Below, piece by piece: positions 35,502-43,820 of a stretch of DNA of 64,000 nucleotides. The stretch is from an uncultured Candidatus Poseidoniales archaeon (GTDB lineage Archaea; Thermoplasmatota; Poseidoniia; Poseidoniales; Thalassarchaeaceae), in contig CAXGWC010000004.1 of assembly GCA_964013425.1 (NCBI GenBank), positions 18,731 to 82,730 on the forward strand. Reading direction: 5' to 3'. The notes beneath the pieces are model-generated. The model searched no databases, had not been told where the DNA came from, and saw only the letters and a list, made by a program, of their open reading frames with translations. Within the stretch, counting starts at the first letter, position 1. Each line of letters starts with the position of its first letter. The translations under genes and the position numbers were made by a program.

Positions 35502-36128
35502 CTATTCTTCTGCCTGGGCATCAATTTCTTTTTCTCCATCTTCTCCGGTAAACTCAGAAATTGTCATCTGTTCGTCTGGAGCAAGTGATGCTGCCAATTG
35601 GGCGCTGGTCAAACCAAGCTTTGATGCCTCATCTCTGAACCAAACCCTAACTTTCCTGTATTCGATTTCTGGGCAACCGAAGTACTCTGCGAACCTCCTC
35701 GTAGTGGTCAGCCTCCTTGTCAGCCCGTCCCTTCTCTTGTCTATTAGGCCAAGACTCGCTAGGTCTCTGACATGATCATAGGCTTTGGGCCCAAGCATAT
35801 CTCGCAATTGCGCCTGTGGCATTGGTTGATGATAGGCTATGAGTGCCGCGGCAGGAAGGAGCCTTTGTGGGATCTCTGGTTTGAATGACTCGGGCAGGAA
35901 AGGAGAGATATCTGGTTTGACCTCAATTATCCACCTTCCAGAAACGTCTGTCAATTGGAGAGCTGAGGATTCTCTAGAATCCATGGTGGCCTTCAATTCT
36001 TCCAATCCCTCTGAAATTTGGAAATTTCTCAATGATAGAAGCGATGCTAGCTCATCCACAGACATCGACCTACCCGATCCGAAAAGAATTGCTTCTAGCA
36101 AGGTTGACAGGTTTGTTCCCTCACTCAT
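35502..36128 (-). CDS. scpB: Segregation and condensation protein B
   Basis: LEAILFGSGRSMSVDELA and tandem winged-helix-like organisation. It is the last gene of smc-scpA-scpB, with an 8-nt overlap with scpA. Confidence 0.85.
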   Translation of the reverse strand: MSEGTNLSTLLEAILFGSGRSMSVDELASLLSLRNFQISEGLEELKATMDSRESSALQLTDVSGRWIIEVKPDISPFLPESFKPEIPQRLLPAAALIAYHQPMPQAQLRDMLGPKAYDHVRDLASLGLIDKRRDGLTRRLTTTRRFAEYFGCPEIEYRKVRVWFRDEASKLGLTSAQLAASLAPDEQMTISEFTGEDGEKEIDAQAEE

Positions 36129-37131
36129 AGGACCTCACTCCCTTGACCTCTCCGGGGTGGAGCTTAGCAGTCAGCTCTGAGAAGCTCTCTTCTCCATTCC
36201 ATAGCGGGACTAAAGTTACCTTGCCATTCCTACCCGGTTCCTGAGACAATTCGGTATATCCCCTATTTGTCAGGAAAAGAGCGGAGACCAATGCTGTTAC
36301 TTGGGCCTCTGCTTTTGCTTCCCCGTGTTCGATTCCTGAATCTAAAGCCATCGACATCAACTCTTCCGATACATCTTGCAGACCTACAGGTTTATCTTCG
36401 GAGATGGCCCTGTTTCTCAATGCGTTCCAAGTCCTCTCTAGATCTCCCTCCAAATCCTCTACGTGAAGGCTTCCTTTGAATCTCTCACGAGCGGTTGAAA
36501 GGGCGTCGCGTCTCTCCTTGGCTATTCGTTCCCTAGTCCTTTGCTCCTCGGCCAGCCTTCCAGCATCCTGCAATCCCATCAACAGTTCACCCAGAGTAAC
36601 AGGGCGTCCTTCATCGCGATGTACCCTTCCTTCGAAGATGGTGGGAAGAACCTCATCTGCTGCGCCAGATAATACCCCTACTGAAAAGTTGTAATCATCA
36701 TCATCGAAATCAGTTTCCCAACCGCCTTCGAAATCCCATGTATCCTCCTGGTCAAAATCGAAGGCTCTCTCCTGCTTCTCGATTAGTGTTGAAGCTTGAT
36801 TCCTCAGAATTGACCACGCCATTCTAATCAATCTTCCACAAGTAGGCAAATCTATGTTCTCGGATCTCTCTATCCTAGTTGAGAACATTTCCAAGAAGCT
36901 AGACAGGTCTACATCCCATGGATCCAAATCATTACTCTGGAACATCTGAAAAACTAATGCTACTGACCTATCAAATGGGTCGATTAGAAATTGATGCTCT
37001 GCCTCCTCCAGACCTGCTAATTCGGAGATTCTATCTAGATACTTGCTAGTTGCCAAGTCGGGCTCTCCCCCTAGTAGCCTCGAGACGATATCGTCTCTCA
37101 TTGCTTGACCATCTAGAACCGTCATCTTCAC
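36121..37131 (-). CDS. scpA: Segregation and condensation protein A (kleisin)
   Basis: FQSNDLDPWDVDLSSFLEMF is typical of the ScpA N-terminus. 4-nt overlap with smc. Confidence 0.85.
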   Translation of the reverse strand: MKMTVLDGQAMRDDIVSRLLGGEPDLATSKYLDRISELAGLEEAEHQFLIDPFDRSVALVFQMFQSNDLDPWDVDLSSFLEMFSTRIERSENIDLPTCGRLIRMAWSILRNQASTLIEKQERAFDFDQEDTWDFEGGWETDFDDDDYNFSVGVLSGAADEVLPTIFEGRVHRDEGRPVTLGELLMGLQDAGRLAEEQRTRERIAKERRDALSTARERFKGSLHVEDLEGDLERTWNALRNRAISEDKPVGLQDVSEELMSMALDSGIEHGEAKAEAQVTALVSALFLTNRGYTELSQEPGRNGKVTLVPLWNGEESFSELTAKLHPGEVKGVRSYE

Positions 37132-40100
37132 ACCTCATTAGCATCGACTTGTTGATGCATTGAGTCCTCCATGACCTCTTCAATATCTTCTTTATCCTGG
37201 AAAATTACCCTTTCTTTTTCATCGATATCTTCAGTCCATTCGCCGGTCCTCTCCCTCAGGGAGTCCATTACCGAGTCTGATTCCTCGGAAGAATCTGTTT
37301 CATAGCCATCAACCTCCGTGTCGATTCCTGCTCTTTCTGCCAGACCTCCCAAGCTGACAGGCGTTTGGAGAGGTTCGGGAACTTTAGGCATCTCACGTGG
37401 GTCTGGCAAATCTGGCATTGCATCTTTCTCAGCCTTCGACTCCTCTTGGGCCCTTTTCTCAGCCTCAAGCTCCTCGCTGAGTTCTATTGCCGCTGCCCTA
37501 TCGAAGTCTGTAATCCTCCTGCTACATCCATCTCCAGCATGGGTAATACCAATGTGATGATCAGCTAGAGAAAGACTGACCTTCCTCAGTGTTACCATGA
37601 TGAACTGGGCCCTCTCACTCCTTATCCTACATAGGGTAGCGATTCTACCTGAATTGAATGGATCCAAGTTCTGATCTACTTCATCGAAGTAGTAAAATGG
37701 ACTCGGTTCGTAGTCTTGGATAGCAAAAATTAGTGCAAGCGCGGCCATTGACTTCTCCCCTCCGGATAGTGCTGATCTACGCGTGTTTCTGCTCTTCCCC
37801 GGAGGTACGCAGGCCATCTCTAGACCACCCTCGAAAGGATTCTTCGAGTTTTCCAGTCTTAGTTTTCCTGATCCTGAGGGCTGTAGAATCTCATAGACTC
37901 TGCTGAAGTTATTGTTAACATGCTCGAACACAGTCATAAATCTGGTTTTTCTCTCATCTTCTAGCTGTTCGGCAATGCTGACCAAATGATCCCTACGAGA
38001 TCGGAGAGTCTTGCCATCTTCGACAAGGGCAGCTATTCTCTCAGCTGTCTCGTCATACTGGTCAATAGCCAGCATATTCACATTACCAAGGTTGCCGAGA
38101 CGGCGTTCGAGCCCCTGCATCGCTCGCTCCGCCTCGGCAATGGTAGGAAGTTGGATATCTTCGGAAGGAATAGCCACACCAGCATCTGCTAGTTCCTCTG
38201 CTGTCTCTTCGGCCAAAGTGGTCTTCTGACTTATCTGTGAGTTTAGTTCATCGATTCTCGACCTCAGAGTTTCTCTTTCCTTAGAGAGCTGGTCCAGAGA
38301 AGCTCTGAGGCTTGCCCTCTCACCCACAAGCTCATCTCTCCTGTTCGTCAGGATTTGATGCTCTTCATCGAATTGCTCTGATTTACCCTTTAGCTCGATT
38401 AACTCTGATCTAGCTGTAGAAATAGATGACTCAAGTTGAGATATTGATTGTTGTGCATTATTAATCTCCTCCTCTTGCTTGGAAATCCTTATTTCAATAT
38501 CTGAGACTCTCTGATCCATCAGAACAATCTGACTCTCGTTTGTTAATATTGAGGATTCGCAAGATAGCTTAGTTCTCTCGGCTTCAGTCCTCTCTCTTTC
38601 GGCGGACCTGAGTATCTCCGAAAGATGATCGGGGGTGTTGTCTTGAAGAGCCTCCGCGGCATCACTTCGATTCTGAAGAGCTGCCTCGAGGAGTAATCTG
38701 GCTTGTTCTGCCTCTGTTTTCTTAAGGGACTTGGTATTTTCACATGTTTCAAACTCGGATCTGGAGGCCATCATCTTATTCTCTATCTCCGATAGTGATT
38801 TAGTAGCCCTATCCATATCGGCTTTCCAGTTCCTTAGTTTGACTGAGTGATCACTCCCGTCGACATTGTTAATTCTATTTCTGAGATCCTGAAGATTAAG
38901 CATTGTCTCTCTTAACGCTGCGTCGACCGTGGAGTAGAGTAGGTTTGACTCCTGGACCAATCTTTCATGCTTTTCAACACTAGAATGCCCACCTGCGCTT
39001 CCTCCAAATGACGGGCGATTTCCACGAGATTTAGATCCCCCAGTCATAGCACCTGAGCTCTCAATCAGTGAGCCATCCAGAGTCACCATTCTGACTCCTC
39101 CCATATTATTTCTGGCCACTTCCATAGATTGGACAAGGAGTGTGTTCCTACTGGCATAGACCACTGCGATCTCTACCTCTTGGTCATAGTCCAGTAAATC
39201 TTGAGCGAATCCAATTATTCCAGGGTTTCTGGCTACGAGAAGTGTTCTTCCTTGAGGCCTGGATACTTTGAGCTTGTTTAGAGGGAGGAATGTAGCCCTT
39301 CCTCCACTATTCTCCCTTAACCACTTGATACACTTCGCAGCGACCTCATCATCCCTGACGACAATGCTTCTCAGGCCGTTTCCTAGTGCAGTGGCTAATG
39401 CTTCCTCGTGGGACGGTTCCTTGGGAGACGTAAGTTCGCCTAATGTACCCAAGATTCCAGAAATCTGACCACTCTCCCTGAGTCTTGTTAGGGCAGCGAT
39501 AGTGACGGCTGAACCAGGAGCTGATGACCTTGCCTCTTGACGTGCTTTTGCTTTGCTGAGCTCCCTTTCGGCATCTCTCAGTCTGATCTCTGCTCTGTCC
39601 CTGTCTGATCTCAATTCAGATTCTTGCTTTTGGAGACTCCTTAGATCATCGGCCAACGAGGACCTGTCAGATTCAGGTCCTTTTTCACGGATGTCATTAC
39701 CGATTAATTCAAGATCGTCCTTGATCATAGTTGATTCTTCGAACTTTTCCTCGAGATCCGCTAAGTTCTCGGACGCCAGCTGTGATGCTTGCTCGGCCCT
39801 ATCTGACTCAAGTTGAGCCTTTGCGTACGAATCTTGAGCCTCAGAAACCCTCTCACTGGCCTTTCCTAGTGCCCTGTTTAGATCTCTAGCGAACTTGTCG
39901 CCGGATTCTATTGCCTTTCTAGCTTCTGCCTCTTTCTTGGCAGAGTCAATTAGAGACTGTTCTGCATCTTCTAGAGATTTCTCAGCAGTATGGAGCTTTT
40001 CATTGGCTTCATTTTTCGCCCTCCTAGCTCTTTCCAGTTCTTTTTTGAGAGTGGAAATTTCCTCATTTGAGTTTGAGATTATCTTTCTCTGATCTCCAAT

Positions 40101-41060
40101 TCTATCAGAGCCTGTTTCTATCTCGATCTCGTGTTGCCTGATACTCTCCATAATTCTCTGAGCGTCTCCAGCCAGAGCTTTTCTCAATTCAGACTCGACT
40201 GAGACTAGCTCAGTGTCGAAAGAGTCTAGTTTTTTATTTCCCTCTGCTAGTGAAGAACCCAAAGATTTTACTTTCTCCGAATAATTCGTCCTCTCATTTC
40301 CAAGAAGGCCGACCTCGTCAAGACGATTCCTGTATCTGGATTGATATAGGGTTACTCGGGAATTGTCGAATTCCTCCTTGATTTCCTTGTACTTGAGAGC
40401 TTGCTCTCTCTCCTTGGAAAGTTGTTTGAGTTGTTTCTTCTTATCATCCTCGAGAAGATCTATTGTCTCTATGCTGCTCTCGACGTGCTTTCTCTGAGTT
40501 GTTGCTCGTCGAATTTCATCGTCATATGCTGTTACGCCGGCTACGTCTTCCAGAACCCCTCTTCTCTTGTGTGGAGTCATTGTGGCTAAATTGGTGACGT
40601 CGCCCTGGAGTACTATGTTGTAACTGTCCCCTCTGAGTCCAGCTTCAGCAAGGACTCTCCGCATCTCAGTAGCACTAGACGGCTTGTCTCCGATTCTGAA
40701 AGATGAGATCGGGTCTCCCTTTCTGTTCAGCCTAACGGATCTGGTGAAGGACACCTCATCTTCCTCAATCCTCAGCCTCCTCCTGCCGTCTTGTTCAGCC
40801 ACATTGGCAAAAACGAGGGTTACTGACATGTGCCTGGCGGCCTTCCCCCTGCCTCCTCCATTGAAGATTAGCTCGGAGACGTTTGAGGCCCTGAGAGCCT
40901 TAGTTGACTTGGGCCCCAAAACGAACTGTATGGCGTCGCCGGAGTTGGACTTGCCACTCCCATTGGGACCGGTTATAGCGGTGAATCCCTTGTCAAAGGG
41001 AATTACCATCTCTCCGCCAAATGATTTGAAGTTCTCGACTTCTATTCTTTTTAGATGCAT
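37128..41060 (-). CDS. smc: SMC chromosome segregation ATPase with a C-terminal acidic extension
   Basis: MHLKRIEVENFKSFGG...ITGPNGSGKSN (Walker A), long coiled coils, a hinge (GILGTLGEL...), the signature LSGGEKSMAALALIFA and Walker B FYYFDEVD. There are 1310 aa, with an extra tail of about 118 aa. Confidence 0.95.
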   Translation of the reverse strand: MHLKRIEVENFKSFGGEMVIPFDKGFTAITGPNGSGKSNSGDAIQFVLGPKSTKALRASNVSELIFNGGGRGKAARHMSVTLVFANVAEQDGRRRLRIEEDEVSFTRSVRLNRKGDPISSFRIGDKPSSATEMRRVLAEAGLRGDSYNIVLQGDVTNLATMTPHKRRGVLEDVAGVTAYDDEIRRATTQRKHVESSIETIDLLEDDKKKQLKQLSKEREQALKYKEIKEEFDNSRVTLYQSRYRNRLDEVGLLGNERTNYSEKVKSLGSSLAEGNKKLDSFDTELVSVESELRKALAGDAQRIMESIRQHEIEIETGSDRIGDQRKIISNSNEEISTLKKELERARRAKNEANEKLHTAEKSLEDAEQSLIDSAKKEAEARKAIESGDKFARDLNRALGKASERVSEAQDSYAKAQLESDRAEQASQLASENLADLEEKFEESTMIKDDLELIGNDIREKGPESDRSSLADDLRSLQKQESELRSDRDRAEIRLRDAERELSKAKARQEARSSAPGSAVTIAALTRLRESGQISGILGTLGELTSPKEPSHEEALATALGNGLRSIVVRDDEVAAKCIKWLRENSGGRATFLPLNKLKVSRPQGRTLLVARNPGIIGFAQDLLDYDQEVEIAVVYASRNTLLVQSMEVARNNMGGVRMVTLDGSLIESSGAMTGGSKSRGNRPSFGGSAGGHSSVEKHERLVQESNLLYSTVDAALRETMLNLQDLRNRINNVDGSDHSVKLRNWKADMDRATKSLSEIENKMMASRSEFETCENTKSLKKTEAEQARLLLEAALQNRSDAAEALQDNTPDHLSEILRSAERERTEAERTKLSCESSILTNESQIVLMDQRVSDIEIRISKQEEEINNAQQSISQLESSISTARSELIELKGKSEQFDEEHQILTNRRDELVGERASLRASLDQLSKERETLRSRIDELNSQISQKTTLAEETAEELADAGVAIPSEDIQLPTIAEAERAMQGLERRLGNLGNVNMLAIDQYDETAERIAALVEDGKTLRSRRDHLVSIAEQLEDERKTRFMTVFEHVNNNFSRVYEILQPSGSGKLRLENSKNPFEGGLEMACVPPGKSRNTRRSALSGGEKSMAALALIFAIQDYEPSPFYYFDEVDQNLDPFNSGRIATLCRIRSERAQFIMVTLRKVSLSLADHHIGITHAGDGCSRRITDFDRAAAIELSEELEAEKRAQEESKAEKDAMPDLPDPREMPKVPEPLQTPVSLGGLAERAGIDTEVDGYETDSSEESDSVMDSLRERTGEWTEDIDEKERVIFQDKEDIEEVMEDSMHQQVDANEV

Positions 41061-41130
41061 CCCATCACCTTAGTATCGGGAAAAATTTTCGCCGACACCA
41101 GTCAAGACCTCCCTGCCTTTATGCCTATCA

Positions 41131-42876
41131 ATGTTGAGGCTTCCTCTAGTTCGGCACAACGGTTCGGAGGCATTCGCCCATGCGCCGTGGAGAATCGGTA
41201 ATGGAGAAGATTCTAGGGTGGATCCTCGTGGGTATCTTGTGAGCGACGAGCACGGAGAAGTGGATCTCGAGCAGGTTGATGTGGCAGTGGTAGGTTCTGG
41301 CATAGCAGGGCTGTTCCTAGCGGTAGAGTGCGCTAGATCTGGCCTTAAAGTAGCGGTTGTTACCAAGAAGGAGGTTTCTATGTCATCTACAAATTGGGCA
41401 CAGGGAGGGATAGCAGGAGTACTGGACCCCAATGATCTAGAGGGTTTGGAGTCACATGTCAAGGATACGCTGGATGCAGGTTCTGGACTATGCGATGAGT
41501 CGGTGGTTCGAAGTGTTATCACCGACGCGTCGGATAGAATTAGAGATTTGATTGGCCATGGGGTACAGTTTGATCATAACTCATCTGGGGAATATGACAT
41601 GGCAATCGAGGGAGGGCATAGTGGAGCCAGAATTTTTCACACTAGAGACAGGACTGGTGCCGAAATTGAGCGTGCTTTGACAGAAGTGGCTACTGATGAG
41701 TCCGATACAAATCTAACGATATTAGAGAACTGGATGGCTGTAGATCTAATTCAGAGGTCCCACGGTGACCCCATGCAAGGAGTATCCGGAGTATGGTGCT
41801 TATCTCCAGAGGGAGTCGTTTGGACACTTCCCTCGAGGGTCGTAGTTCTAGCAACTGGAGGTGCGGGTATGATGCATAAAGCAACGACTAATCCTTCAAT
41901 TGCCACAGGAGATGGAGTTGCCATGGCAAGTAGGTCAGGCGCAGATATTAGGGATATGGAATTTATTCAGTTTCATCCGACAGCCCTACACTCCAATAAT
42001 CCCAGACCATTTCTGATAACTGAGGCATTGAGAGGTCACGGAGCAGAACTCATGACAATTGAGGAGTATTCCGTCTGGAAGACAAATGGTGCTGATATTG
42101 ATCCTTCTAAGCACTCATTCATGCTTAATTACTCACCAATGGGCAGTCTTGGAACTAGGGATGTAGTAGCCAGAGCAATTGATTCCGAGATGAAGAGATC
42201 GGGGGATCCGCACGTACTTCTTGTTACCGAGCACTTGGATAAGGGCGACCTAGAAGTCTCATTCCCTACTATTTCCAGAAGATTGCGAGAGGAGGGGATA
42301 GAGATAGGAGTTAGTCCGATTCCAGTCACTCCTGCCGCGCATTATATGGTAGGCGGAGTTGCGGTGGACGGACTTGGAAGAGTTGAGTATGAAGGAACTC
42401 CGATGCCTGGTCTTTATGCAATAGGAGAGGTTGCTCGTACGGGCCTTCATGGAGCCAACAGGCTTGCTTCAAACAGTCTTCTAGAGGCCGTTGTTTACTC
42501 GGGAAGAGCGTCCAGAGATATTATTGAGAGATGGAAAAGTGGGGATCTTGGGGACTTCATTGGAAGACTCCCAAGATGGAGATCGGAGGACCTAGGACTA
42601 CTGATTGAGAATATGCCACTTATCACAGACCTAGATGCCTTAAGGGCAACAATGACTCAGGATGTGGGCCTAGTGAAGAGCGATTACAGACTAGAGCGGG
42701 CTGAGCGAAGAGTTGAGCATATTGAGAAAGAGGTAACACGATACTGGAAGAGTTGCAAACCAACTCAGGAGTTGATTGAACTACGTAATCTAGTCCTAGT
42801 TTCCAAATTGGTCGTTGATGCATCGAAGTCTAGGAGGAATAATGTTGGGCTTCACTTTAACATGGATCTTGTTTAA
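41131..42876 (+). CDS. nadB: L-aspartate oxidase
   Basis: VAVVGSGIAGLFLA, SSTNWAQGGIAG, FIQFHPTAL, EALRGHGAEL, HYMVGGVAVD and GEVARTGLHGANRLASNSLLE. The N-terminal 40 aa or so are not conserved, so the true start may be further downstream. Confidence 0.92.
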   Translation: MLRLPLVRHNGSEAFAHAPWRIGNGEDSRVDPRGYLVSDEHGEVDLEQVDVAVVGSGIAGLFLAVECARSGLKVAVVTKKEVSMSSTNWAQGGIAGVLDPNDLEGLESHVKDTLDAGSGLCDESVVRSVITDASDRIRDLIGHGVQFDHNSSGEYDMAIEGGHSGARIFHTRDRTGAEIERALTEVATDESDTNLTILENWMAVDLIQRSHGDPMQGVSGVWCLSPEGVVWTLPSRVVVLATGGAGMMHKATTNPSIATGDGVAMASRSGADIRDMEFIQFHPTALHSNNPRPFLITEALRGHGAELMTIEEYSVWKTNGADIDPSKHSFMLNYSPMGSLGTRDVVARAIDSEMKRSGDPHVLLVTEHLDKGDLEVSFPTISRRLREEGIEIGVSPIPVTPAAHYMVGGVAVDGLGRVEYEGTPMPGLYAIGEVARTGLHGANRLASNSLLEAVVYSGRASRDIIERWKSGDLGDFIGRLPRWRSEDLGLLIENMPLITDLDALRATMTQDVGLVKSDYRLERAERRVEHIEKEVTRYWKSCKPTQELIELRNLVLVSKLVVDASKSRRNNVGLHFNMDLV

Positions 42877-43820
42877 TCCCTTTGGGAGGACATTTCCACC
42901 CCTTTGACCAATGCCATAAGCATCGAATTAAGGGGGGTCGGTATTCCGAGCCCTTCCCCCATCGTAATGATATATCCACAAAGAGATTCTATTTCCGTCT
43001 TCCTCCCAGCCATCAAATCCTGTAGCATCGAGCATCTGTTTTCTGAGGTTGATTCTACTACTTCGATTAGTAGGTCTTGCATTTCTGAGTCATGAATTTC
43101 GATACCTGAAGCTCGAGCAACAGATAGTGATTCCTCAAGAAGTTCTTGTGACTGCTCCCACAGATCACTCCCCAGTAGGGCTCCATTCCTGACTCCTGAT
43201 ATAGCACAGATAGGATTTATTGCTATATTGATCAGAAGCTTTTTCCAAATTGATTTGGAGATGTCCTCAGTCCATGTTGGCGAAAGACCAGCGTTATCTA
43301 GTGCACTTACCAGGGAAGACATCACCTCATTGGGAAGCCCTCCCTCCAGGGCCCCTAGCGTGATTGACCCCCTTCCAACCCAGTGTATCCCATCAGCGCC
43401 CCTCCATGCTCCGTGAGTAGTCGCCCCACCTAGGGTCCTGGATCTACCTAATCTGTTTGAAATCTGCTGAGCATGCCCCATTCCGTTTTGGATACTAATT
43501 GCAATCCCCGCATCAGATAGAATCTCATCGGCAATTTGAGAGAGAATTGGTGTTGAGTATGCCTTGCCACAGATAATAGCAGCGTCACAGCTACCGACAA
43601 CGGCTTCGGGTAAAGGGCCCGCCTCGCTGTCCACTAACGTATATCTGTCCGGAGGGATGGACTCAATAACGCCTTCGGGAGTATGTATAACTAAACCTTC
43701 TGAAGACAAAATCTGTGCAGATGGGCCTCGTGAAACAGCCACGATTTCTACGTCTGTATCGGCTAGTCCGGCTAAGATGATTCCTCCTATTGAGCCGATT
43801 CCAAGAACGCCCACTCTCAT
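42873..43820 (-). CDS. panE: 2-dehydropantoate 2-reductase (ketopantoate reductase)
   Basis: MRVGVLGIGSIGGIILAGL (Rossmann), KLLINIAINPICA and SMLQDLMAGRKTEIESLCGYI. The start was trimmed to the ATG at 43818-43820. That ATG overlaps the upstream stop codon (ATGA). Confidence 0.85.
   Translation of the reverse strand: MRVGVLGIGSIGGIILAGLADTDVEIVAVSRGPSAQILSSEGLVIHTPEGVIESIPPDRYTLVDSEAGPLPEAVVGSCDAAIICGKAYSTPILSQIADEILSDAGIAISIQNGMGHAQQISNRLGRSRTLGGATTHGAWRGADGIHWVGRGSITLGALEGGLPNEVMSSLVSALDNAGLSPTWTEDISKSIWKKLLINIAINPICAISGVRNGALLGSDLWEQSQELLEESLSVARASGIEIHDSEMQDLLIEVVESTSENRCSMLQDLMAGRKTEIESLCGYIITMGEGLGIPTPLNSMLMALVKGVEMSSQRD

Noticed and set aside
35498-35551. TAG stop of the GDPD gene right after the IIGHRGAG motif, considered as possible read-through or pyrrolysine
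   Set aside because: In-frame continuation gives only 16 more codons (TILLPGHQFLFLHLLR) before a TAA, with no GDPD-like sequence. The region is the 3' end of the convergent scpB gene.
41070-41522. 150-aa minus-strand ORF overlapping the start of nadB
   Set aside because: The translation is Ser/Thr/Pro/Arg-rich and low-complexity, with no motif. It lies antisense to a strongly conserved nadB region (the FAD-binding GSGIAG block), so it looks like a shadow ORF.
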